DNA of 24,440 bases, from the NCBI GenBank assembly GCA_035647695.1, contig DASRMY010000074.1, forward strand, positions 1-24,440, given 5' to 3'. Of the stretch, positions 7,890-17,201 are shown one piece after another. How positions within the stretch are numbered: the stretch's first letter is position 1; the number at the start of each line of letters is the position of its first letter. Under the pieces are notes generated by a model. It saw only the letters and a list, made by a program, of their open reading frames with translations, searched no databases and was not told the origin of the DNA. Origin of the DNA: Treponemataceae bacterium (lineage in GTDB: Bacteria; Spirochaetota; Spirochaetia; Treponematales; Treponemataceae). The position numbers were made by a program, and so were the translations under genes.

Positions 7890-9180
7890 GTTGTGAAATC
7901 TTCTCAACTTGCCGGTCAAATTCGGGGTACTTAGAGCGAAGGATATCAAAGTCAGCTTTTATGAGGCGGTATCCGGTGCCGTAGGATTCTGAAATGACAC
8001 TTGCGTTGCGGAATTGGTTTGTTATAAGTGCCGTCTCTCCAAAAGGCGATCCGGGGCCAAGGCGGGCAACTTCAGCATCATTAATGACAATGCGAACATC
8101 TCCGCTTGTGAGAAAATACATACAGTCGGCAAATTCACCCTGTCGAATAATATATTCACCGGGAAGAAAAATCTGGGGCTTCATAAGCCGAACCGATTCC
8201 CTGAGGAATAAATCATTTGCTTCTTTAAAAATAGGTACCTTACTGAGCATGTCCCGGTTTAAAAACATGCGGATTTCTTGCGCAAGTCCGTTCGGAATAT
8301 CTTCTAATGCGCTTGTTACATCTACCCCTTTTTGTTTTTCCCAAAGGTACGAATAATAATCGCGAACTTTGTGCTGCAACTCAGAGGGTATGTGTTGTGA
8401 GCGCATATAGGAATTTACTTCTTCTAACCTTTGTTGATACGCGCTTCGAGCTATATCGAGGTTAGATATAAGGCTTGAAACATTAGCTATAACATACGAA
8501 AACATTCCAACCCCAAAAACCTGCACTATTATGGTATAAATTATTTGCACATTACTGTTGTGGTCTGGCCCATAATCTCCATAGCCAATTGTCGCAATTG
8601 TCGTTATTGCCCAATAAAGTCCGCGCAAATATTGATCGATTGGTGGTCTAAATTGTTCGCTTGCGCCAATGAGAATCCACCCGATAACCATAATATGCAA
8701 GGCCGATGTCAGCGCATAGCCAAAAAATACGAGTCGGCGTACTGCGGGTAAAATTGCGAGTGCTTCTTGAATTTCACCAAAGAGTCTTTTTACTTTGAGT
8801 AGTTTGATGAGCGTGAGCGATTGGATAATCAAATAAAAATTGAATGCGTGAGTTCCCGGTTCTACGGTGCTAAAAAAAGCAAGGAGTATTATCTCGAATG
8901 GTATGGCAGAAATGAGGTCTATTATAAATGCCCCAGAAATATATTTTTTTTGAATTTCAGTGCGCGTCTCATAGGTAATGTACCCTTTTTTTACGCTCGT
9001 ACAAAACGTAATTCCAATATCTGCAATAAAAAGCCCAATGAGCGTGTAGTAAAATAAGCCACCGTGAAAAGTTTTAAAAATCACCTGATACGTGATTCGA
9101 ATTAAAAAAAGCTGAATCGCAACGAGCATAAGAATATTCCATGCAACTTTCACCGGATGATTATGAGGTATTACTTTCAT
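7879..9180 (-). CDS. Cyclic-nucleotide-gated K+ channel, SthK-like (6TM + C-linker + CNBD)
   Basis: Likely start ATG 9180 (MKVIPHNHP; 433 aa); the upstream ORF extension is low-complexity and contains an inverted repeat. Pore YWAITTIATIGYGD, C-linker (RLEEVNSYM...LQHKVRDYYSYLW) and CNBD (PGEYIIRQGE...MYF...FGETAL...RNASV). Confidence 0.9.
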   Translation of the reverse strand: MKVIPHNHPVKVAWNILMLVAIQLFLIRITYQVIFKTFHGGLFYYTLIGLFIADIGITFCTSVKKGYITYETRTEIQKKYISGAFIIDLISAIPFEIILLAFFSTVEPGTHAFNFYLIIQSLTLIKLLKVKRLFGEIQEALAILPAVRRLVFFGYALTSALHIMVIGWILIGASEQFRPPIDQYLRGLYWAITTIATIGYGDYGPDHNSNVQIIYTIIVQVFGVGMFSYVIANVSSLISNLDIARSAYQQRLEEVNSYMRSQHIPSELQHKVRDYYSYLWEKQKGVDVTSALEDIPNGLAQEIRMFLNRDMLSKVPIFKEANDLFLRESVRLMKPQIFLPGEYIIRQGEFADCMYFLTSGDVRIVINDAEVARLGPGSPFGETALITNQFRNASVISESYGTGYRLIKADFDILRSKYPEFDRQVEKISQLRR

Positions 9181-9196
9181 GGTAATAGTATAGAAC

Positions 9197-9234
9197 ATTT
9201 TAACACATTTTTTTAGTAAAAAATGTGTTAAAAT
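9197..9234. repeat. Perfect 17-bp inverted repeat upstream of the channel gene (candidate operator)
   Basis: ATTTTAACACATTTTTT (9197-9213) - TAGT - AAAAAATGTGTTAAAAT (9218-9234). Confidence 0.85.
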
Positions 9235-9448
9235 AGAAGATTTTTTTTGTGACCAGTCTCCGAAAAGAAGCTTGCAATAGCAGTTAATAACCTCTGGGTG
9301 CTTAAGCGAAGCACAATTCTCACCGTCAGATTTTGCCTTATACATTGCTATATTGACGCGCCTCAGAGCTGAAGAAGGGCTTACATCTTTTTTTAAACCA
9401 CCTAATACTAAAAGGGTAATATACAGCTGCTCTTAATTTCGCTTTTGC

Positions 9449-9477
9449 TTGACAATCTATAGAATAAAATCTATTAT
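9449..9477 (+). promoter_or_regulatory. Sigma70 promoter of the TetR-RND operon
   Basis: TTGACA (9449-9454) - 17 bp - TATTAT (9472-9477). Confidence 0.8.
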
Positions 9478-9483
9478 ACGTGT

Positions 9484-9505
9484 TGTTACCGAACGTTCGG
9501 TAACA
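9484..9505. promoter_or_regulatory. Perfect 22-bp palindrome, probable TetR operator
   Basis: TGTTACCGAACGTTCGGTAACA begins at the expected TSS, 26 bp upstream of the TetR start. Confidence 0.8.
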
Positions 9506-9531
9506 TTTTTCACAGGTAAGGGTGAGTAGAA

Positions 9532-10776
9532 TTGACTGATTGTGTATTTGGCAAGAAAAACTCAAAGAATTCTCATACTACAAAAAAAAGCTCTCGAAAG
9601 GAGCAAATTCTTGAGGCTGCCTTTGATCTTACACGCACGTCAAAACAATGGTCATTAGCAGAAGTGGCGCAACGAATTGCAGTTTCTAAAACCGCACTGT
9701 ATCGGCATTTTAAAAACAAGGCAGAAATAGAAAAAGAAATGAACGTACAATTTTTGACAGAATTGTCAACGCTTCTTGAAAACACAGAAACTCAGCCAGA
9801 TACTTTGCGAAAAGCGACTGTTTCGTTTTTTCGTAAAAACAATGGATACCTTTTTTTTGTTATTAGCAATATGTATGCAAGAAAAAACTATGAAGATATT
9901 GTTTTTGAAGCATTGCGGGAAAAATCAGAAAAAGTTGATAGGTGCGCTCAGCAGTTTTTAAATAAACCTGAAGAAGAACGCTCTATTTTTAAAACTGATT
10001 TAATAAAAAATGTTGCTTCGGTTATGATAGCAAGTTTTGATGCTCCAGGAATGGAGGAAATTCAAAATGAATTGTTAAAATTACTTAAAGAAGGTTTTTC
10101 CACCAAATACTTTTCTTCGATTTTTTTTCCAACTGAGGCGCGGTTGCTAGAACTTGAAAAAGAATGTGTCCTAGTCCCAGAAGATATTGATACAGGGAAC
10201 AAGGTTTTTAACGCAATAGCCGCTACTATTCATGAATATGGTATAGGGGGAACAACAATTCGGCGTATCGCAGAAAAAATGGGAAGCGCAAAAAGCAGTC
10301 TTTATTTTTATTTTGACAATAAGGAAAAAATGCTTTTAGAACTGGTTCGCCAGGAAACCGATACAATTTTGCATTTATTTATTAAAAGGGCGCATATTGG
10401 AAAAACATTTCTAGAACAGCTTTTTCTTATTATGATGATTCAAGCACATTACCTTATACTCAAGCCAGACTTTTTGCCTGTTTTTAGCTGGATACGTTAT
10501 GAAATGATTGCTCTTGACTCAAACAAAAAAACTCCTCATTTTAAAAGAGAACAGTTTTTATCACATTTTAGGCATACAGAATTGCCTGGAAATGCAGAAC
10601 AATCTGCAACAAGAGCTTTAGCCGCCATAAAATGGGCCTCTATGCTGAGCACGACAACTATAACCCAGGGTTTGAGGCATAAAGACAACCCAGAAAGATC
10701 TCGAAAAAACATACGACTCATGTTTCATAGCATGATGAGCGGAGACAGAAAACATTCCTTAAAGGAGCGACTATGA
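9532..10776 (+). CDS. TetR/AcrR-family regulator with two tandem TetR units
   Basis: 414 aa, TTG start. HTH1 RKEQILEAAFDL...SLAEVAQRIAVSKTALYRHFKNK; HTH2 at about aa 220-270, VFNAIAATIHEYGIGGTTIRRIAEKMGSAKSSLYFYFDNKEKML. Confidence 0.85.
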   Translation: MTDCVFGKKNSKNSHTTKKSSRKEQILEAAFDLTRTSKQWSLAEVAQRIAVSKTALYRHFKNKAEIEKEMNVQFLTELSTLLENTETQPDTLRKATVSFFRKNNGYLFFVISNMYARKNYEDIVFEALREKSEKVDRCAQQFLNKPEEERSIFKTDLIKNVASVMIASFDAPGMEEIQNELLKLLKEGFSTKYFSSIFFPTEARLLELEKECVLVPEDIDTGNKVFNAIAATIHEYGIGGTTIRRIAEKMGSAKSSLYFYFDNKEKMLLELVRQETDTILHLFIKRAHIGKTFLEQLFLIMMIQAHYLILKPDFLPVFSWIRYEMIALDSNKKTPHFKREQFLSHFRHTELPGNAEQSATRALAAIKWASMLSTTTITQGLRHKDNPERSRKNIRLMFHSMMSGDRKHSLKERL

Positions 10777-12116
10777 ACACACAAATAAAAAAGAATTATA
10801 CCGTACTTTTTTTCTTAGCACTTTTTGTACTAGTAAGCATAACAGCAGAACCAACAAAACTGACCATTGAAGAATCAGTTTCTCTTGCAATGCAAAACAA
10901 CATTCAACTCACATCAACGGCAATAGATGTTCGCATGAAAAAAAGAGACAAAGATCTTGCATGGAATGTCTTTATTCCAAACGTACAGGCGAGTGGAACA
11001 ATGGCAAGAAGTAATATGTCAGAAATGATTGTTGGGGTTCCGTCTATGTCAACGACCGTACAACTCGAAGAAAAAGATCGCTGGAATGCTATGGGGAATG
11101 TAAGCATTGGGCTTAACTTGAATGCCGCTCTTTTTGAAGGCTTAAAGGCTACTCGCCAAGGTTATGAAGCTGGAATGTTGACCTACGAGCAAGCACGGCA
11201 GCAAACAGAGCAAAACATTCGCAAGGTCTTTTACAGCATTCTCTTGCAAGAAGGAAGTCTTAAAATTTCTAAGGAAAAACTCATAACCAGCGAAGAGCGA
11301 ATGAGGCAAACCTATACTAATTTTAAAAACGGCATTCTGCCCGAATTAAGTTATCTACAAACACAACTTGCAGTCGAGATGCAAAAACCTTCTATTATGG
11401 AAGCTGAATTAAACATTGCACAACAACGCAATATGTTTGCATTTTTACTCGGTCTTCCTATGGGAACCGAGATAGAGCTTGACGGAGAAATAAATCCAAC
11501 TATTTCAGTGTTTGATGCAGATGAACTTGTTCAAAAGCATTTAGGGGACAGGCTCGACCTTGCACTTCTTGAAAAAAACATAGAACTCATGCATACCCAA
11601 CTGAGAGCTACAAAACTTCAAGTTTATACACCAAGCTTGTCCTTAAACCAAAGTTTTGCACCAAAGCTTTCTGCCATAGATGACAAATGGTTTGAAAAAG
11701 ACAACTGGAAAGACCAGTCTGGCGCATTTAGCCTTACGCTTGCGTTTAACCTTACAAACCTCCTGCCCTTTTCTTCAATGGGACAAAAGGTAGAAAGCAC
11801 AAAGGATTCTATTCAAAAACTTGAGTTGGCAAGACAACAAGCCCTTTATAATGCCGAACTTGAAATACGTAACTTAGTTAAAAAGCTTGAAAAATCGAGC
11901 ACATCGATTACGGCTATGGAATTAAACGTACGTATTGCAGAAAAAGCATGGCGTCTTACAGAACAAGGCTTTAAGGCTGGAACTATTGAATATCTCGACC
12001 TTAAAGATGCAGAAAACACCCTGATGCAGGCGCGCCTTGGTGTCTTAAGCGAAAAATTTACCTATATTTCGAATATATTGGATCTCGAAACCGCTCTTAA
12101 TACAGAGCTAAACTAA
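10773..12116 (+). CDS. TolC-family outer membrane efflux protein
   Basis: 447 aa with a signal peptide, LTIEESVSLAMQNN, helical repeats and the C-terminal AE.A..L....FKAG.IEYLDL.DAE..L..A pattern. Start overlaps the TetR stop (ATGA). Confidence 0.85.
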   Translation: MNTQIKKNYTVLFFLALFVLVSITAEPTKLTIEESVSLAMQNNIQLTSTAIDVRMKKRDKDLAWNVFIPNVQASGTMARSNMSEMIVGVPSMSTTVQLEEKDRWNAMGNVSIGLNLNAALFEGLKATRQGYEAGMLTYEQARQQTEQNIRKVFYSILLQEGSLKISKEKLITSEERMRQTYTNFKNGILPELSYLQTQLAVEMQKPSIMEAELNIAQQRNMFAFLLGLPMGTEIELDGEINPTISVFDADELVQKHLGDRLDLALLEKNIELMHTQLRATKLQVYTPSLSLNQSFAPKLSAIDDKWFEKDNWKDQSGAFSLTLAFNLTNLLPFSSMGQKVESTKDSIQKLELARQQALYNAELEIRNLVKKLEKSSTSITAMELNVRIAEKAWRLTEQGFKAGTIEYLDLKDAENTLMQARLGVLSEKFTYISNILDLETALNTELN

Positions 12117-12127
12117 AGGAGCCTTCT

Positions 12128-13102
12128 ATGAGAAGCACACAGATTAAAAAAAACCTAGCCCTAACAATGGCTGTTATTTTTGCAGGAAGCCTTTTTATCT
12201 CCTGTGGAGAAAAAAAAGAAGCAGAAGCACAAAAGGTTGAATCAGAAACAAGAGAAACAGGTACTATTTTTGCTGTAGCTGTCATTCCGGCAACTCGAGG
12301 AGAATTAAAAAACTATCTTGAATTTGGTGGCGATGTTACCGCAAAAACCTGTTTAGATATTATGCCCGATGCCGCAGGTAAAATTGTGGACATGAAGGTA
12401 CGAGTAGGCGATACAGTTAAAAAAGATGAAATTATCGCCGTGGTAGACGCCTCCCGTCCTGGAATGTCCTATGAACCAGGGCCAGTAAAATCGCCCATTT
12501 CTGGAACCATTACCGCGGTGAATGTTGTTGTAGGGAGCATGGTTGCCCAGCAACTTTCTATAGCAAAAGTTGGAAAAATGGACACTCTTGAAATTATAAT
12601 GAATGTTCCCGAACGCTATGTCTCAAAAATAAAAAACAAGCAAAAGGCGTATCTTAAATTTGATGCGTATCCTGGAGAAACCTTTCCAGCCGAAATAGCA
12701 GAAGTAAGCCCAGTACTGGACCCGACTTCTCGTACAATGAGCGTAAAACTTTCAATGATTGATCAAGACCCCAGAATAAAGGCGGGCATGTTCGCCCGTG
12801 TAAAATTAATTACCGACACCCTCACCAATATTGTAAAAATTCCTGACACAGCAGTAATTAACCGTTTTGGAGAAACCTTTGTCTTTGTTGTCGTCCCCGC
12901 AAAAACCGATGAAGAAACTGCAACAGTGCGCAAGCAAATGGTAAAGCGTGGAATTAGGGTAGACGACAAAACAGAGATTCTTTCTGGTCTAAACTCTGGC
13001 GACGAAGTCGTTATACAAGGACAAAGTCTTTTAGAAGATGGATCGTTAATAAACATTGTATCACGCATCCAGGCTCTTCCTGTTGAGGAGGCTATAAGAT
13101 GA
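12128..13102 (+). CDS. RND efflux periplasmic adaptor (membrane fusion protein), lipoprotein
   Basis: 324 aa with lipobox SLFIS-C, lipoyl halves (GKIVDMKVRVGDTVKKDEII; VKSPISGTI), SPVLDPTSRT, IKAGMFARV and ILSGLNSGDEVVIQG. Confidence 0.9.
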   Translation: MRSTQIKKNLALTMAVIFAGSLFISCGEKKEAEAQKVESETRETGTIFAVAVIPATRGELKNYLEFGGDVTAKTCLDIMPDAAGKIVDMKVRVGDTVKKDEIIAVVDASRPGMSYEPGPVKSPISGTITAVNVVVGSMVAQQLSIAKVGKMDTLEIIMNVPERYVSKIKNKQKAYLKFDAYPGETFPAEIAEVSPVLDPTSRTMSVKLSMIDQDPRIKAGMFARVKLITDTLTNIVKIPDTAVINRFGETFVFVVVPAKTDEETATVRKQMVKRGIRVDDKTEILSGLNSGDEVVIQGQSLLEDGSLINIVSRIQALPVEEAIR

Positions 13103-16100
13103 GCCTTTCAAAAACGATAGTCTCAAAGCCGACAACTGTTTTAATACTTTTTACAGTTCTTGCAGCCCTTGGAATGTATACGCTCAGCGACCTACCCCTT
13201 GACCTTTTACCCGATATGGAACTTCCCTTTGTGGCTATTAACACCACATATCCAGGAGCAGGTCCAGAAGAGGTTGAAAAACGTGTTACCCGTCCCTTAG
13301 AAAGTGTTGTCTCTGGAATATCAGGCATAGAATACCTACAGTCTCAATCTTCAAGTGGTTCTAGTCTTCTTCTTGTGCAACTTGTTTTTGGAACTAACCT
13401 TGATGAGGCAATGAACGACATTCGAGCCAGTCTTGACTTCGTTAAGGGGATGCTTCCCGAAGAAGCGTCATCTCCCATGATTTTTAAAATGGATCCCAAT
13501 GTTGTCCCTATCATGTCGTATGCCATTAGTGGAAACAGGTCGCCGGAAGAACTGAGGGAATTTGGAGATGATCTTGCACCAAAACTCGAGCAAATCGAAG
13601 GAGTGGCGACCGCAAGTGTTTCGGGAGGTAGAGAGCGGGCAATTATTGTAGAAATTCCTCGAGACCGCTTGCAAGCCTATAACTTGACCATCACCCAAGT
13701 GTCCCAAATGATAGGAGCCCAAAACATACAAATTGCGGGAGGAACAATTACCGAAGAAGATCTAAATTATACGATCAGCACAGTTGGAGAATATAGTTCT
13801 TTAGATGATATTCGCAATACGGTAATTTCCTACAAAATGGCAGGTGCTTCTTACTCTCCTACCGGAGCAAACCCCGGAACACTAACCACTGTTCGGCTTA
13901 GAGATATTGCAGATGTATATGAAGGCTTTAAAAAACAAAGCTCACTCTACTATCTTGACGGTGTTCCCTGCGTTCAACTCGGTATACAAAAACAAAGCGG
14001 AACGAATTCAGTGCAAACCGCACGAGCCGTTAAAGCAAGAATGGAATCTATTATAAAAGACGCCCCGTCTGATATAAAAATAACTTTAACCGGCGACACG
14101 ACAGAAATAATTCAGCGCTCGGTAAACCAGGTAGCTTCGAGTGCACTTCAAGGTGCCCTGTTTGCTGTTCTTGTATTATTTCTCTTTCTTAGAAGCGTTC
14201 GCAGCACCATAATTATAAGTCTTACCATTCCTATTTCTCTCATTATTACCTTTGGTATTATGTTTTTCTCTGGAATGACCCTAAACATAATGACTTTGGC
14301 TGGCCTTGCCCTTGGGGTCGGAATGTTGGTAGATAACTCGATTGTTGTACTAGAAAATATTTATACCTATAGAGATAAGGGGGCTAAACCAAAAGTGGCA
14401 GCTATTCTTGGTTCGCAAGAAATGCTCATGGCCATTGCAGCTTCAACCTTAACGACTATTTGTGTGTTTTTACCCCTCATAATGTACCAAAAAGAGCTTG
14501 GGATTATTGGTGAAGTTTTTAAAGGGCTTTCATTTACTGTTGTAATTTCACTTCTCTGTTCTCTCGTTGTTGCGATAGTTCTTGTTCCAGTTCTTGCAAG
14601 TAAATACTTCAAAATCGGAAGCAAAAAAGACAAAACCTACAAAGGGTTTATTGGAAAAATTGACCTTCAACTTGGAAAAGCCTTTGAAGCCCTCGACGCT
14701 GCGTACTTTAAAGCTATTCAATGGGTTTTAAAACACAAAGCAATGACAATTAGTTTTATTGCAGGGCTTCTTCTCATTAGCATTTTACTGATTCCACGAC
14801 TCGGATTTGTCTTTATGCCGACCACTGCTAGCGATTCGATTTCGGTTAATGCAACGCTACCTGTTGGAACAAAACTCGAAACGACAGAAGCAGTATTAAG
14901 GCAACTAGAGCAAGCTGTGTACCGGGACATAAAAGGCTACAAACACGTAACTGTTTTGGTAGGATCAGGTGGAATGCTCGGCCTTGGCGGAAGCAACACC
15001 TATACAGGCACACTGACTATTTCCTTACCGCCTCTTTCAGAACGCATCGATTCTGAAGAAGAAATTAAAACAAAACTGCGGGTTCTCTTTGACGATTTCC
15101 CTGGAGCCACATTCACCCTTGGCGGTGGAAACATGATAAGCCTTGGAGGAGGAGCTTCTGCTGTCTCCATCAGTATAAAATCTGAAGACCTTAACAAAGC
15201 GAGAGACACTGCGTATGCAATCAAAACTCTTTTAGAAGAAGAAGTTGGAGATATGCTTACCGAACCCACAATTTCTATGAAAGACGGACTCCCTCAGGTA
15301 AACATTGTTGTTGACAGAGAACGCATGTATAGCCTTGGATTAAATGTCTATAGCGTTGGACAAGAAATAAAGGCCAATATAGCCGGAACTACAGCTTCGA
15401 GATTCCGTCAGGATGGTGAAGAGACAGATATTCTTCTTATGCTTGCCGAAGATGATAAAACACAACTAAACGATCTTGAACACATATTTGTCACTAATGC
15501 AAATGGACTTCGTATTCCAGTATCTAGTTTTGCACGCTATGAAGAAGGTGTTTCTCCTATCACTATTACCCGTGAAAACCAAAGTAGAGTCATCACCGTT
15601 TCTGCTGGTACACAACCAGGAACTTCGATTACAACTGTACAGCGAAAAGTAGAATCTGTCATACAAAATGGAATTCCAGCAGATTCAGCGGTGAGAATTG
15701 AATATGGAGGAGATTTTGATGCGCTAGCACAAGCATCTCGGCAATTTGCAATTATTATTTTAATGGCAATTATTTTGGTTTTTGCAGTAATGGCAAGCCA
15801 ATTTGAGTCCTTGCTTGACCCGCTTATAGTACTCTTTACCATGCCGCTCGTTGTTATCGGTATTGTTGCTATTTACACTATAACTGGATTACAACTCAAT
15901 ATTATGACAGCGGTTGGTGTTCTGATTCTGGTTGGAATTATTGTTAATAACGGTATTATGTTAATTGATTATACTAATTTATTACGTAAACGAGGATTAA
16001 ACCTTGCAGACGCCTGTGCGCAAGCTGCCAGAAGTCGTCTTCGCCCAATATTAATGACGACTTTAACGACAGTTCTTGGATTAGTTCCTATGGCATTTTT

Positions 16101-16278
16101 TCCCGGCGAAGGCTCAGAAATGGTACAGCCAATTGGTCAAACCGTCCTCGGAGGCCTTTCCTTTGGTACACTTATGACTCTCTTCCTCATGCCAGTTCTC
16201 TATTATGGGTTTAACAGAATTAGAGAAAAAAGCGGTGAAAAGAAACTTGCACGGTTAGAACTCAAAGGGAGAAATTAA
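13099..16278 (+). CDS. RND efflux transporter permease subunit (AcrB/AcrD/AcrF family)
   Basis: 1059 aa with YPGAGPEEVEKRVTRPLE, TM4 GMLVDNSIVVLEN, TM10 GIIVNNGIMLID and TM11 RLRPILMTTLTTVLGLVPMA. Confidence 0.95.
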   Translation: MSLSKTIVSKPTTVLILFTVLAALGMYTLSDLPLDLLPDMELPFVAINTTYPGAGPEEVEKRVTRPLESVVSGISGIEYLQSQSSSGSSLLLVQLVFGTNLDEAMNDIRASLDFVKGMLPEEASSPMIFKMDPNVVPIMSYAISGNRSPEELREFGDDLAPKLEQIEGVATASVSGGRERAIIVEIPRDRLQAYNLTITQVSQMIGAQNIQIAGGTITEEDLNYTISTVGEYSSLDDIRNTVISYKMAGASYSPTGANPGTLTTVRLRDIADVYEGFKKQSSLYYLDGVPCVQLGIQKQSGTNSVQTARAVKARMESIIKDAPSDIKITLTGDTTEIIQRSVNQVASSALQGALFAVLVLFLFLRSVRSTIIISLTIPISLIITFGIMFFSGMTLNIMTLAGLALGVGMLVDNSIVVLENIYTYRDKGAKPKVAAILGSQEMLMAIAASTLTTICVFLPLIMYQKELGIIGEVFKGLSFTVVISLLCSLVVAIVLVPVLASKYFKIGSKKDKTYKGFIGKIDLQLGKAFEALDAAYFKAIQWVLKHKAMTISFIAGLLLISILLIPRLGFVFMPTTASDSISVNATLPVGTKLETTEAVLRQLEQAVYRDIKGYKHVTVLVGSGGMLGLGGSNTYTGTLTISLPPLSERIDSEEEIKTKLRVLFDDFPGATFTLGGGNMISLGGGASAVSISIKSEDLNKARDTAYAIKTLLEEEVGDMLTEPTISMKDGLPQVNIVVDRERMYSLGLNVYSVGQEIKANIAGTTASRFRQDGEETDILLMLAEDDKTQLNDLEHIFVTNANGLRIPVSSFARYEEGVSPITITRENQSRVITVSAGTQPGTSITTVQRKVESVIQNGIPADSAVRIEYGGDFDALAQASRQFAIIILMAIILVFAVMASQFESLLDPLIVLFTMPLVVIGIVAIYTITGLQLNIMTAVGVLILVGIIVNNGIMLIDYTNLLRKRGLNLADACAQAARSRLRPILMTTLTTVLGLVPMAFFPGEGSEMVQPIGQTVLGGLSFGTLMTLFLMPVLYYGFNRIREKSGEKKLARLELKGRN

Positions 16279-16280
16279 TC

Positions 16281-16556
16281 ATGAAAAGAATTGAAATAAT
16301 ATTTAATCAGTCTCTCGAAGAAGATGTCTTGCTCGCTCTTAAACCGATTCCTGAAGCCCAGTTCTTCACCATGATTCCAGGAGTTCACGGTCAAGGATAT
16401 TCAAATCCTAAACAAGGAGACTCGGTATGGCCTGAGGAAAATAGCCTTATGATTATTTATTGCGACACAGATGATGCTGCCCATGCTATTCAAAAAGCAA
16501 TTAAAAAGGTACAGGAAGCTTATGCTGGAGAAGGAATAGCCTTTTTTATGATCTGA
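16281..16556 (+). CDS. Small PII-like (GlnB-fold) transporter-associated protein
   Basis: 91 aa starting 2 bp after the RND stop. FTMIPGVHGQG...GDSVWPEENSL pattern recalls the RND-linked PG0541-type PII-like proteins (recalled, not searched). Confidence 0.65.
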   Translation: MKRIEIIFNQSLEEDVLLALKPIPEAQFFTMIPGVHGQGYSNPKQGDSVWPEENSLMIIYCDTDDAAHAIQKAIKKVQEAYAGEGIAFFMI

Positions 16557-17199
16557 TTTTCGGCCAGAGCCGTTTTTCCTGGCCATGTATCAGGCGGACG
16601 ATGTTTTTTCTATGGGTATAACATAAAAGGCAGCCTATGAGTATTGAAAAATACATGAGAGAGGGGGCTGTTGGCAAAATACCTGTAAGAGAAAGCGTCC
16701 AGACAATAGCTGGAAAAACAAACGCTACAGTAAGCGAGCCAACCGAAACAATACCACTAAGGGCTACTGTTATAACAAAAGCTGGCAATGTCAGTAAAAA
16801 ACCATATGGATACAGCACCACAATCATGCCAGCAGCTGTAGCTACGCCCTTTCCACCGCTAAATGAAGCAAAGACTGTCCATATGTGCCCTATGACTGCC
16901 GCTGATCCGGCAGCAAGTGCTGTTAACTCATGGCTTAACAGCGAGGCTTGCATCCCTTTAAAAACTGGAAGATTTGCTATACAGAGAACTGGCAAAACCC
17001 CTTTTAAAACATCAATTACTATAACAATAATCCCTGTGGCTACGCCAAAAACACGGATTGCGTTGGTACCACCAGCGTTCCCTGAGCCATAATCACGAAT
17101 GTCTTTGTTATAAAGAATTTTCCCAAGAACTATACTTGTAGGAAATGATCCCATCAAATAACTGAGTGCTATAATTATAGCAAAATGCAAAAAAGCCAT
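16546..17199 (-). CDS. plsY: Glycerol-3-phosphate acyltransferase (acyl-phosphate dependent)
   Basis: 217 aa with YLMGSFP, DIRDYGSGNAGGTNAIR, DVLKG, GH...F..F.GGKGVAT and HRKNIVRL..G.E. Confidence 0.93.
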   Translation of the reverse strand: MAFLHFAIIIALSYLMGSFPTSIVLGKILYNKDIRDYGSGNAGGTNAIRVFGVATGIIVIVIDVLKGVLPVLCIANLPVFKGMQASLLSHELTALAAGSAAVIGHIWTVFASFSGGKGVATAAGMIVVLYPYGFLLTLPAFVITVALSGIVSVGSLTVAFVFPAIVWTLSLTGILPTAPSLMYFSILIGCLLCYTHRKNIVRLIHGQEKRLWPKIRS

Positions 17200-17201
17200 G
17201 A

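Noticed and set aside
5754-9180. Functional link between the diguanylate cyclase and the CNG channel (c-di-GMP gating)
   Set aside because: The genes are convergent rather than co-transcribed, and the CNBD has a standard cNMP cassette. Adjacency alone is insufficient.
9181-9345. 55-aa N-terminal extension of the channel in the ORF track
   Set aside because: It has no channel-like features and encodes the inverted repeat and T-runs; more plausibly regulatory DNA.
7879-16556. Two convergent gene pairs each overlap by exactly 11 bp (7879-7889 and 16546-16556) without terminators
   Set aside because: Short 3' overlaps are common in compact genomes, and there is no shared sequence at the two junctions.
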